Source of the DNA: a bacterium
GTDB lineage: Bacteria; UBA6262; WVXT01
DNA length: 14,882 nt
Assembly (NCBI GenBank): GCA_046759165.1
Contig: JBHIBS010000034.1
Location: forward strand, 1-14,882
Reading direction: 5' to 3'
The translations under genes were made by a program, and so were the position numbers. Below are positions 1 through 7,654 of this stretch, piece after piece (the stretch's first letter is position 1; each line of letters begins with the position of its first letter). Under the pieces are notes generated by a model. It saw only the letters and a list, made by a program, of their open reading frames with translations, was not told the DNA's origin and did not search any database.

Positions 1-21
1 AAGTGGTAAGATATTGTTGTT

Positions 22-50
22 TTGATAGAATTAGAGTATATTAATACTAT
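22..50 (+). promoter_or_regulatory. Candidate sigma70 promoter for the permease gene
   Basis: TTGATA (22-27), 17-nt spacer, TACTAT (45-50), 22 nt before ATG 73. The region is AT-rich, so a chance match is possible. Confidence 0.4.
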
Positions 51-72
51 GAGGCGAGTTATTCAATAAATT

Positions 73-1947
73 ATGAAAGTAAAACTAAAAAAAGAACTTG
101 GAGTTTTTGATATTTTCTGTATTGCTACCGGGGCGATGATTTCATCAGGTCTATTTGTCTTACCGGCAATTGCATTTGCTAAAAGTGGTCCTGCTATGAT
201 TATGGCTTATCTGTTAGCTAGTTTCCTGGTTTTACCGGCTTTGCTTTCCAAAGCAGAACTGGCCACAGCAATGCCTAAGGCTGGAGGTACATATTTTTTT
301 ATAGATCGCAGTCTTGGCCCTGCTGCCGGCACCTTTGGAGGTCTGGGCAACTGGTTTTCTTTAAGTTTAAAAAGCGCTTTTGCACTTATGGGGATAGGAA
401 TTTTTGCAGTATTAATTTATCCGGATCTTTCAGCAATTCAGATTAGAATTATTGCAGTAGGATTCTGTCTAATTTTTGCAATTCTCAATTTTATCAGTGT
501 AAAGATTACAGGTAAATTCCAAATATTCTTCGTTTCTTTACTTATCGGCTTACTTATTTTCTATATCTTCCGCAGTATAAATTATCTTCAGCCTCACCGA
601 TATATTCCTTTTGTGCCATTCGGTTTTGGCTCTATTTTTGCTACCGCAGGTCTTGTTTTTATCTCTTTTGGGGGATTGACAAAAGTAGCCAGCATTGCGG
701 AAGAAGTAAAAAATCCTAATCGAGATATTCCTTTTGGAATGATTCTTGCTTTTCTGGTCACCAGTATACTATATGTATTAGTTGTTCTTGCCACTGTAGG
801 TCTGGTTGATGCTGCAGAGCTTAAAGGTTCTCTTACTCCCATATCAATAGCTGCTAGGAGTTCTATGGGTGGTCTGGGAATGGTTCTTATGGCTATAGCA
901 GCCTTTGTTGCGTTTATCAGCACTGCCAATGCAGGGATACTTTCTGCATCACGTTTTCCCATGGCAATGAGTCGGGATGGGCTTTTACCTGAGTTTTTCA
1001 GGAAAATAAATTTTAGATTTAAAACTCCTCATATTTCTATTTTTATTACAAGCGGTTTTATGATTTTTACAATTCTCTTCTTAAAGTTGGAAGATTTGAT
1101 TAAGACTGCTTCCACACTTAGGATTATTTTATTTATGTTTGTCAATGTAGCGGTGATTGTCATGCGGGAAAGTAAAATACAAACTTACCGGCCAACATTC
1201 CGAGCTCCTTTATATCCATGGCTTCAGATTTTAGGAATTGTTATTCCTGGATTTCTTATTTTCGAAATGGGTAAAGTGGCGCTCTCGATCACTGGGATTT
1301 TTGTTGCTGGAAGTTTTGCTTGGTATTTGGTTTATGCTCGAAGAAAGGTGGAGCGCCAGTCAGCTTTGGTACATGTCATTGAGCGAGTTGCTACCAAAGA
1401 GTTAGCAGGAGCCACATTATCAGGTGAATTAAGGGAGATTTTAATTGAAAGAGACAATATCGTTGAAGATAGATTTGACCGCCTTATAAAGAAATGTGAA
1501 ATTTTGGATTATGATCCACCTGCCAAATTAGAATATACGGCTGAGGACATCTTTAAAATGATAACGCCTACTTTATCCAAGCATTTAGAAATAGACCAAA
1601 AAATTCTATTTGATCTTTTCATGGAAAGAGAAGAAGAGTCCAGTACTGTGATTGCTCCAGGGCTGGCGATACCCCACATCACTGTGGAAGGAGTCGGCAA
1701 GTTTGAGATTCTAATAGTACGCTGTAGGAAAGGGATTATTTTTCCCAATGTATCTCAACCTGTTCATACGCTGTTTGTTCTGGTGGGTTCTACTGATGAG
1801 CGCAATTTTCATCTTCGTGCATTAGCGGCAGTCGCCCAGATTGCCCAAGATAGAGATTTTGATAAGAGTTGGTTAAAGGCGCGAAACATTGAAGAATTGA
1901 GAGATATTATTTTACTAGCGGAAAGAAAGCGTGTTGGTGTGATATAA
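73..1947 (+). CDS. APC-superfamily amino acid permease fused to a C-terminal PTS EIIA (Fru/Mtl/Ntr-type) domain
   Basis: 624 aa with about 12 hydrophobic segments and APC motifs (GAMISSGLF, AELATAMPKAGG, EEVKNPNRDIP, SRFPMAMSRDG). The C-terminus has EREEESSTVIAPGLAIPH, matching the EIIA ERE..ST..G.AIPH phospho-His motif, followed by HLRALA. Confidence 0.92.
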   Translation: MKVKLKKELGVFDIFCIATGAMISSGLFVLPAIAFAKSGPAMIMAYLLASFLVLPALLSKAELATAMPKAGGTYFFIDRSLGPAAGTFGGLGNWFSLSLKSAFALMGIGIFAVLIYPDLSAIQIRIIAVGFCLIFAILNFISVKITGKFQIFFVSLLIGLLIFYIFRSINYLQPHRYIPFVPFGFGSIFATAGLVFISFGGLTKVASIAEEVKNPNRDIPFGMILAFLVTSILYVLVVLATVGLVDAAELKGSLTPISIAARSSMGGLGMVLMAIAAFVAFISTANAGILSASRFPMAMSRDGLLPEFFRKINFRFKTPHISIFITSGFMIFTILFLKLEDLIKTASTLRIILFMFVNVAVIVMRESKIQTYRPTFRAPLYPWLQILGIVIPGFLIFEMGKVALSITGIFVAGSFAWYLVYARRKVERQSALVHVIERVATKELAGATLSGELREILIERDNIVEDRFDRLIKKCEILDYDPPAKLEYTAEDIFKMITPTLSKHLEIDQKILFDLFMEREEESSTVIAPGLAIPHITVEGVGKFEILIVRCRKGIIFPNVSQPVHTLFVLVGSTDERNFHLRALAAVAQIAQDRDFDKSWLKARNIEELRDIILLAERKRVGVI

Positions 1948-1969
1948 ACCAAATTCAACCTTGTTCTTT

Positions 1970-2035
1970 AACGCGTTAGAGATCCTTACCGAAGACGAGG
2001 CAGATGCCTACGGCACCTTATCTCCAACGGGGTTT
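1970..2035. mobile_element. Short MITE-like/palindromic element, copy 1
   Basis: Left end AACGCGTTAGAGAT (1970-1983), right end ATCTCCAACGGGGTTT (2020-2035; reverse complement AAACCCCGTTGGAGAT). Internal hairpins AGGCA-GA-TGCCT and TGCC-TAC-GGCA. The termini match copies 2 and 3. Confidence 0.6.
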
Positions 2036-2233
2036 ACCTAGGGTCCACCGTTGAAAAGTCATCAATTATTTTTGCTCTTCTCTCCTGCTTTACCCAAGGT
2101 AAGGGAAGCAGGCTGCAGCGTCCGGCACTTTGTAGGGATTGGAGACCTGTTCTGATACTATCGGGTCATTTCTTTCAATGGCTTCTTACGGATTTTTTGA
2201 TACCTCCTTATATTCTGTCTCCTGTTTGCCTTA

Positions 2234-2262
2234 GGGGATGAGTCAAAGATTGACCCATCCCC
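2234..2262 (-). terminator. GC-rich hairpin just downstream of the 100-aa gene; possible terminator or mRNA-stabilising stem
   Basis: Minus strand reads GGGGATGGGTCAA-TCT-TTGACTCATCCCC, a 13-bp stem with one G-U pair, 21 nt after the stop at 2284. There is no U-tract. Confidence 0.45.
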
Positions 2263-2283
2263 CTTGTCTCTCTTAGGCATAGC

Positions 2284-2586
2284 TTACCAATACCAACCAC
2301 CGCATCCATGGTGGTAACCATAACGCCCTCCACCATATGGAAGTGAATCGTGGTGGCCACCAGACCTGAAGATATCCCGGTACCATCTAGCATTCTCCTG
2401 GATATCTTTGGCTGTCTCAGGATCCTCTGAGGTTATTGTGATCTGTATGCCCTTGTCAATCTTTTTAATGTCGGCTTTGATGTCCTCGTCACCATAATAA
2501 CCGCGGGTATGGGCATCCAAGATTACTGTCATGGCTAATCCAATAACTAAAGCCAATGCCAGACTGATAAGTAGTATCTTTCTCAT
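2284..2586 (-). CDS. Small exported protein with a Gly/His/Tyr/Cys-rich tail; probable target of the ECF sigma
   Basis: Strong SD AGAAAGGAGGTG (2594-2605). Signal-peptide-like N-terminus MRKILLISLALALVIGLAMTVILDA. C-terminus GGHHDSLPYGGGRYGYHHGCGGWYW. It has its own ECF-type promoter. Confidence 0.85.
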   Translation of the reverse strand: MRKILLISLALALVIGLAMTVILDAHTRGYYGDEDIKADIKKIDKGIQITITSEDPETAKDIQENARWYRDIFRSGGHHDSLPYGGGRYGYHHGCGGWYW

Positions 2587-2614
2587 CGCTCTTCACCTCC
2601 TTTCTAAAGGTAAA

Positions 2615-2639
2615 GACGATGGAAAGGTCAAAAAGTTAC
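2615..2639 (-). promoter_or_regulatory. ECF sigma-dependent promoter (target gene)
   Basis: Minus strand cGTAAC-ttttTGACCTTTCCAT(16 nt)-CGTCt. The -35 is at 2635-2639 and the -10 at 2615-2618. Architecture is identical to the motif upstream of the sigma gene. Confidence 0.8.
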
Positions 2640-2654
2640 GCAAAATCTTTAGAA

Positions 2655-3449
2655 CTATCTTCCGCCACAATGAGGTCCCCATTTGCCTGGTGAGACTTCC
2701 CTTCTTCTCATTCTACCCATCCACTGCCTACGGTTTCCACACATTTGAATAGTATTTTCTAATTCTTCTTTTTGTTGCCGTGATATAACTTTAGACTTTA
2801 GATTTTCCAAGACATCCTTTTGGTATGCGTTTAAGTGTTCCAACCTTGAATAATAAACTGGTCTTTCTCTCTCAGGCAATCGGGTGATATCCTGTAAAGC
2901 CAAAGTTGCCTCGTCAAGCATTGCCTTAAGAAGCTGAGTATTGAGTTCTCTCTTCTTATCAAGATGCCTTACTAACTCCTGCATCCTCTCCTCAGAATAT
3001 ATAAGGCGGAGTTCTACTTTGCCTTCAGGGTTAGCAATTAAGAAAAACTTTACCTGCTCAGTTATGAGTTTTATAGGGTAGAGAAAGTCTCCCGGGAGGC
3101 TATTGGCAGAAAGGGTTACCGTCCCCCAGGAAATAAAAATAATTATCACTATAAAAACCAGTGCCTTTGCCCAAGCAGGTGATGGGAAATAGAGCAATCT
3201 GGGTATTTTTGCTTTAGGGGGTTTTTCCTTCTGTAATTGAAGCGCCTCGCCAAGTTTAACAAGGCAAGAGGCCATCCCTCTCTCGGAAGGCTCAGGGGAA
3301 GGAGTATCCTTTATATCTCTTGCGATGGCAAGTAATTCTTTTACCTCATGCGCGTAATCAGGATATCGCCTCAACACTTCTTCGAGAGGTATGCCTTCCC
3401 CTATCTTCTCTAAACAGATATCCAGTATTTCTTCAATTGGTTTTTTCAT
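2655..3449 (-). CDS. Putative single-pass membrane anti-sigma factor with a DUF5667-like extracytoplasmic domain
   Basis: ATGA overlap with the ECF sigma stop. Soluble N-terminal domain (EEILDICLE..LEEVLRRYPDYA), one TM segment (ALVFIVIIIFISWGTVTLSA), then SLPGDFLYPIKLITE, matching the DUF5667 signature as recalled, and a helical domain. Confidence 0.8.
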   Translation of the reverse strand: MKKPIEEILDICLEKIGEGIPLEEVLRRYPDYAHEVKELLAIARDIKDTPSPEPSERGMASCLVKLGEALQLQKEKPPKAKIPRLLYFPSPAWAKALVFIVIIIFISWGTVTLSANSLPGDFLYPIKLITEQVKFFLIANPEGKVELRLIYSEERMQELVRHLDKKRELNTQLLKAMLDEATLALQDITRLPERERPVYYSRLEHLNAYQKDVLENLKSKVISRQQKEELENTIQMCGNRRQWMGRMRRREVSPGKWGPHCGGR

Positions 3450-4006
3450 TTTTTATACCAGCTTTCTTTCTTTAATATATCTCTTAAGGCTGAGAGGGCA
3501 CGAAATTGAAGGGCCTTGACTGCTCCGGCTGATTTATTCATAATTTGAGCGATCTCCTCATTAGAATAGCCTTCCAAGAACTTCAAGGTAATTACCTCTC
3601 TTTGCTCATCGGTAAGAAAGCTAAGCATCTTCTTAATGTCCTCTGCGTGTAGAGTATCTTTGTCATATCTGTGGAAATCTGGTAGCGATTCATTACCCAT
3701 CTGTTCTAAAGACGTTTCTTTTAATCTCCCTCTTTTTCTATAATAGTCTATGAGCAAATTCCTGGCTATGCGAAAAAGCCAGGCGGTGAAGTCTCCTTTT
3801 TGAGTCTTTATTGAACCCACTAATCTGACAAAGACCTCACTTGCTAAGTCCTCGGCATCCTCTTTAACCTTTGTGCGGTAATAGAAATAACGAAAAACAA
3901 CAGGGTAAAACTCTTTGGTTAAAGTAGCCAGAGCAGTCTCATCAAGCTGCCTTGCCTTTTCTAAAATCGCTTCTAAATTAATCAAGCCTTTAAGATTTCT
4001 CTCCAT
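3446..4006 (-). CDS. ECF (group 4 sigma-70) RNA polymerase sigma factor
   Basis: 186 aa. Region 2: DAEDLASEVFVR and FTAWLFRIARNLLIDYYRK. Region 4: LTDEQREVITLKFLEGYSNEEIAQIMNKSAGAVKALQFRALSALR. Confidence 0.96.
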   Translation of the reverse strand: MERNLKGLINLEAILEKARQLDETALATLTKEFYPVVFRYFYYRTKVKEDAEDLASEVFVRLVGSIKTQKGDFTAWLFRIARNLLIDYYRKRGRLKETSLEQMGNESLPDFHRYDKDTLHAEDIKKMLSFLTDEQREVITLKFLEGYSNEEIAQIMNKSAGAVKALQFRALSALRDILKKESWYKK

Positions 4007-4013
4007 AATTATA

Positions 4014-4038
4014 GACGTAAAAAAGTGTTAAAAGTTAC
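4014..4038 (-). promoter_or_regulatory. Autoregulatory ECF promoter, probably giving a leaderless mRNA
   Basis: Minus strand cGTAAC-ttttAACACTTTTTTA(16 nt)-CGTC-TATAATT-ATG. Only 7 nt separate the -10 from the start codon at 4006, and there is no SD. Confidence 0.8.
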
Positions 4039-4312
4039 GTTATCTTAAGCATGTTGCCAATTATGTCAGGTGCTATTCGGATAAAAATCATAGAAATCAA
4101 ATTTGCGACCTGGTTCTTGCATTGATATTTTCTTCTTATTATTATCTTTTTAAAATAATCTAATTATTTTTAGAAGGATGAATCAATGCAAAGCCTCATC
4201 TTATTAACATTTTTTATTATTCCTCTGGGTTCTTTGGTTGAACTGACTCTCTTTTTTGTTATGAACTTCAAGGCTTGATAGGACAAGAAGAAACGAATGG
4301 AGGCCTATGTCG

Positions 4313-4492
4313 TTACCCCTCTTGCTCCTCCAGTTTTTTGATCTCTTCTTCCAGGTTTTCAATCTTCTGGAAAAGTTCCATAGACATAGAGGGGCCCACA
4401 AATCCTTTTGTTCCACCGTGGTGAGACGGGTCTCGCTTCTTAAGCTCTTCAAGCTTCGCCTTTAGTTCTTTTAGCTTTTCTTTCTTGTTCAT
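4313..4492 (-). CDS. 59-aa small coiled-coil hairpin protein (not in the ORF track)
   Basis: SD TAGGAGGT (4501-4508) precedes ATG 4492. Translation: MNKKEKLKELKAKLEELKKRDPSHHGGTKGFVGPSMSMELFQKIENLEEEIKKLEEQEG*, i.e. two heptad-patterned helices around a His/Gly loop. Confidence 0.75.
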   Translation of the reverse strand: MNKKEKLKELKAKLEELKKRDPSHHGGTKGFVGPSMSMELFQKIENLEEEIKKLEEQEG

Positions 4493-4550
4493 CTCTGGAA
4501 ACCTCCTAACTCCAGAGTTGATAAGATATTATTAATTGGGTAAAGCTGAT

Positions 4551-4786
4551 TCATATTGCCCTTTCTTTATCAGAAAACTCCTTAAGCTGACTATAATTAA
4601 AAACGGGCCCATCTATGCAGACAAACTTTGCTCCGATGTTACAATACCCGCGCTTGCCTATGCCACATTTAGTATATCCTTTAAAGGTTAAATAAATATT
4701 ATCATCTTGAAAATTTCTTTTTTAACCTACTTGCATGATTTAAACATTACCGGTGGTCCACAGAAGTAAACATGTGTATCTTGTTT
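4551..4786 (-). pseudogene. C-terminal remnant of an FAD/NAD(P)-binding [2Fe-2S] subunit (sulfhydrogenase gamma HydG / AsrB / PyrK family)
   Basis: KQDTHVYFCGPPVMFKSCK*, then after a frameshift KRNFQDDNIYLTFKGYTKCGIGKRGYCNIGAKFVCIDGPVFNYSQLKEFSDKERAI*. The CGPP.M and CG.GKCG.C..VC.DGPVF motifs are recognisable, with one Cys replaced by Arg (CGC). The N-terminal FAD domain is missing. Confidence 0.85.
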
Positions 4787-4912
4787 TCACCTATTACTTT
4801 CACTAAATCTCTCAAAGAATACTCGATTCTCTCTTTTCACCAGCATAATAACTTCATCACTTTTATTTAAATCTCCGACTAATTTCTTTTTTTCCAAGAT
4901 TATACCAGTCAT
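4787..4912 (-). pseudogene. 41-aa N-terminal stub of a gene coupled to the hycC-like gene; possibly sulfhydrogenase beta HydB/AsrA-type
   Basis: ATGA overlap at 4909-4912. Translation: MTGIILEKKKLVGDLNKSDEVIMLVKRENRVFFERFSESNR*. It loosely resembles HydB/AsrA N-termini (..EVIAPVK....F..) and sits directly before the HydG/AsrB remnant. Confidence 0.45.
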
Positions 4913-6717
4913 TGTATCCTCAATAGGAAAAATAAGATTGCTAATCCAAATAGACACCACAAAAGATATATTGTAAGAATGCCGGAATGAGCTTTTCTAA
5001 AAATGTTTGTAAGGATAAAAATAATTTTCTTTCCCTGGATATATAAATCAAAAAATCCTTGCTCTGCCCTTGCATACATTTTTTTTAGAAAACCGATTGA
5101 CTTTATTGGCCCATAAAAATGTGTTCCTGGAATTCGGATTTCTTCAGGCTCAATTCTTTCTCCACCTAAAAATACTTCACCTTCTTTTAGAGTTTTTACT
5201 CTACCCAGTAAATAAAGTATTAGGCCAACCAATAAGCTTACTAAAAGGAGTACTGTTGCTAACCCGGGTTGCCATATTCCAAAATGAGTAATTTTACTTA
5301 AAAACGCTCTCCCCACAACTGGTGCAATCATATATTGCAAAGGAAATTTAGCAAAAACACCAAAGAATATACAGCCAAAGGCAAGGACTAGCAAAGGGAA
5401 TCCCATGGAAACCCCAACTTCCCTTACACTGCTAAGTCCTTTTGGCTTCTCACTCAGAAAGATGGAATGGATGAGCTTGGCGAAATAGGCCAAAGTTAAG
5501 GCACTTCCAAACATTGCCGCAATTAAAAATATTATCTGATATCCGGCTCCTGGCATCTGGCATCTTTCAATAATTGCTTGATAGATCATCCATTTTGAGA
5601 CAAAGCCATTAAATGGTGGGACTCCAGAGATGGACAAAGCAGCGATTGAACAGGTGATAAAAGTTATTGGCATCTGGTTTGCCAGTCCACCTAATTTTGA
5701 TAGGTCTCTAATCTTTGTTCGATACAAAACTGCACCGATACAAAGAAACAAAAGACCTTTGAAAAAGACATGATTCATTAAATGAAATAGACCACCAGCA
5801 ATTCCAATTGTGGTTCCAATTCCAATACCCAAAATCATGTAGCCAATTTGACTAATACTTGAAAATGCAAGTAACCTTTTAGAGTCTTTTTGAACCAATG
5901 CCATTATCCCACCAATCAAAATTGAGATGCTCCCTAGTAACATAAGAACAAACTGCCAAGAGATGACTTGTGCAAATATTTGCCAATAGATTCTTATCAT
6001 CATATAAATTCCCACTTTTATCATTATTCCAGAAAGAAGTGCAGATATTGGAGAGGGTGCTATTGGATGGGCTTCAGGAAGCCAGGTATGAAGTGGAACC
6101 ATGCCTGCCTTTACGCCTAATCCAATGAGAAAAAGCAAGAGTAACATATTATTTGAACCTAAAGATAATTTAGTCATATTCAGTGTTCCATTTGTTTGAA
6201 AAATAGAAATTATTGCCAGAAGCATGCATAAAGCACCAGCCTCACACATGATAAAATATTTTATTCCAGCTTTTAATGATTCATTACTGTTTTCAAATAT
6301 GACCAGGAAAAAGGCAGATAAAGTCATGAATTCCCAGAATAAAAACATGGTGAAAAGGTCACCAGCTAAAACTGCACCATTCATTGAACCAATAAACAGA
6401 AGCAGGAAAGTATAATATTTGTTCAATTTTTTGTATTGTTTCATATAACTTAGTGAATAAAGGGTTGCTAAAAATCCTAAAAATGAAATGAAGGATGCCA
6501 TCAATACTCCCAGAGGATCAAGGTGCAGGGTGAGGAATATAGGAGATCTGTAATAAACTGGCTCTTTCAGGATATGGATAAAAGTGAAAAATGAAATAAG
6601 AAACGTAAATAGTATTGATAATGTTGAGAAATAATCTCTTAACTTTTCCCAGATTTTTCCCAGAATTCCAGCTAAGGGAGCTGAGATTATAGGAATTAGT
6701 ATTATCCAGATTGCCAT
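4909..6717 (-). CDS. hycC: Antiporter-like membrane subunit of the group 4 hydrogenase (HycC/HyfB; NuoL/MrpA-D family)
   Basis: 602 aa from ATG 6717, 1 nt after the hycD-like stop. Motifs FLFWE, GVKAG, PLHTWLPEAHPIAPSPISALLSG, IMIKVG, KRLLAFSSISQIGY, HLMNH, PPFNGFVSKW, plus a C-terminal lateral helix and final TM segment. Confidence 0.88.
   Translation of the reverse strand: MAIWIILIPIISAPLAGILGKIWEKLRDYFSTLSILFTFLISFFTFIHILKEPVYYRSPIFLTLHLDPLGVLMASFISFLGFLATLYSLSYMKQYKKLNKYYTFLLLFIGSMNGAVLAGDLFTMFLFWEFMTLSAFFLVIFENSNESLKAGIKYFIMCEAGALCMLLAIISIFQTNGTLNMTKLSLGSNNMLLLLFLIGLGVKAGMVPLHTWLPEAHPIAPSPISALLSGIMIKVGIYMMIRIYWQIFAQVISWQFVLMLLGSISILIGGIMALVQKDSKRLLAFSSISQIGYMILGIGIGTTIGIAGGLFHLMNHVFFKGLLFLCIGAVLYRTKIRDLSKLGGLANQMPITFITCSIAALSISGVPPFNGFVSKWMIYQAIIERCQMPGAGYQIIFLIAAMFGSALTLAYFAKLIHSIFLSEKPKGLSSVREVGVSMGFPLLVLAFGCIFFGVFAKFPLQYMIAPVVGRAFLSKITHFGIWQPGLATVLLLVSLLVGLILYLLGRVKTLKEGEVFLGGERIEPEEIRIPGTHFYGPIKSIGFLKKMYARAEQGFFDLYIQGKKIIFILTNIFRKAHSGILTIYLLWCLFGLAILFFLLRIQ
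5531..5565. repeat. Degenerate 7-mer tandem repeat (5 units) inside the hycC-like gene
   Basis: Minus strand AGATGCC AGATGCC AGGAGCC GGATATC AGATAAT, encoding RCQMPGAGYQI in an inter-helix loop. Confidence 0.5.
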
Positions 6718-6718
6718 T

Positions 6719-7654
6719 TTATATTCCCAATATAGCAAGAATCATACCAGCTATAGCTATTCCAGTTACTGGTCCCCAGAAAAATTTGACAGCCTGATCG
6801 ATTCGAAAACGGGCATGGGTTGCCCTCACTACAATGATTAAAAGTAGGATTCCCAAATATTTTCCAAGAAGAGATATTATACCTAATGCGCTAAAGTTTA
6901 TTCCTCCCAGAAATATTGTAATTAAAAATATAGGTAGTGTAAAAAGCATCATTGCCCTTGTGAGTTTGAATACTCCTAAGGCAATACCAGAATACTCAGC
7001 TAATGTGCCGCCAATAATTTCTGATTCTGCTTCAGGGATATCAAAAGGTATATAACCCAATTTTGCCTGTAGACAAATCAGTGCCACAATAAAGGTAACC
7101 AAGCAGGATAGATTATAAATCATAAGACCGTGCTCTGATTGATATAAAAGAATATTTCCAAATAGTATTGATTTTGTCTTGATTATACAGGTGAAGATAG
7201 CCAGAATAAAAGGCAATTCATAGGCAAGAACTATACCCATCTCCCTCGATGCACCTATCCCACTAAAGGGATTTCTAGAGGATGAACCACCAATGATTAA
7301 GGCAAGTGAAGGTAAAATAAGTAAATAAAGGACAACAATTAAATCACCGACAAAAGTAGAGTCCTTTGCGATATTTACCCGAAAGACTATTGTGGAAACT
7401 AAGGTAATCCCGGCCAGACCAATTAGGGGAGCCAAAAGAAAACCTGCTTTTTTACTTCCTTTGGGCAGAATCATTTTCTTAATCATCAGTTTCCCAATAT
7501 CTGCGTAACACTGATACCAGGGTGGACCTCTTCTTGACTGGATGCGGGCAGTCACCTTTCTATCCATCCAACAAAAGAATAAACCCATGATGGCCGTAAA
7601 AATCAATCCAGGAAATATCAGAATATAGAAAATGGCTCTTAGAATTTCATTCAT
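6719..7654 (-). CDS. hycD: Membrane subunit HycD/NuoH family of the group 4 hydrogenase
   Basis: 311 aa from ATG 7654, in ATGA overlap with the hycG-like stop. Motifs DRKVTARIQSRRGPP, ADIGKL, GASRE, PFDIPEAESEIIGG..AEYSG, RFRIDQ. Confidence 0.92.
   Translation of the reverse strand: MNEILRAIFYILIFPGLIFTAIMGLFFCWMDRKVTARIQSRRGPPWYQCYADIGKLMIKKMILPKGSKKAGFLLAPLIGLAGITLVSTIVFRVNIAKDSTFVGDLIVVLYLLILPSLALIIGGSSSRNPFSGIGASREMGIVLAYELPFILAIFTCIIKTKSILFGNILLYQSEHGLMIYNLSCLVTFIVALICLQAKLGYIPFDIPEAESEIIGGTLAEYSGIALGVFKLTRAMMLFTLPIFLITIFLGGINFSALGIISLLGKYLGILLLIIVVRATHARFRIDQAVKFFWGPVTGIAIAGMILAILGI

Noticed and set aside
2048-2060. IS-end-like GTTGAAAA motifs here and at 13739-13750
   Set aside because: Short, in the same orientation, with no partner inverted repeat or transposase.
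2084-2112. Hairpin CCTGCTT..CCC/GGG..AAGCAGG as a terminator
   Set aside because: Bulged stem with no adjacent U-tract on either strand.
2202-2210. Orphan strong SD (TAAGGAGGT, minus strand) after the 2234-2262 hairpin
   Set aside because: No start codon at suitable spacing and no recognisable ORF follows. It could be a relic of a lost gene, but the sequence does not support that call.
4048-4060. Sigma54-like TTGGCA..TGC upstream of the ECF gene
   Set aside because: The GG-to-GC spacing is 6 nt rather than the required 10.
4204-4452. 82-aa minus-strand ORF from the track
   Set aside because: Non-ATG start with no SD; it is an off-frame overlap of the better supported 59-aa ORF at 4313-4492.
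4787-4789. In-frame TGA between the 41-aa stub and the CGPP fragment as Sec or readthrough
   Set aside because: The frame stops again 20 codons later and the two parts appear to come from different proteins; this fits a deletion junction.
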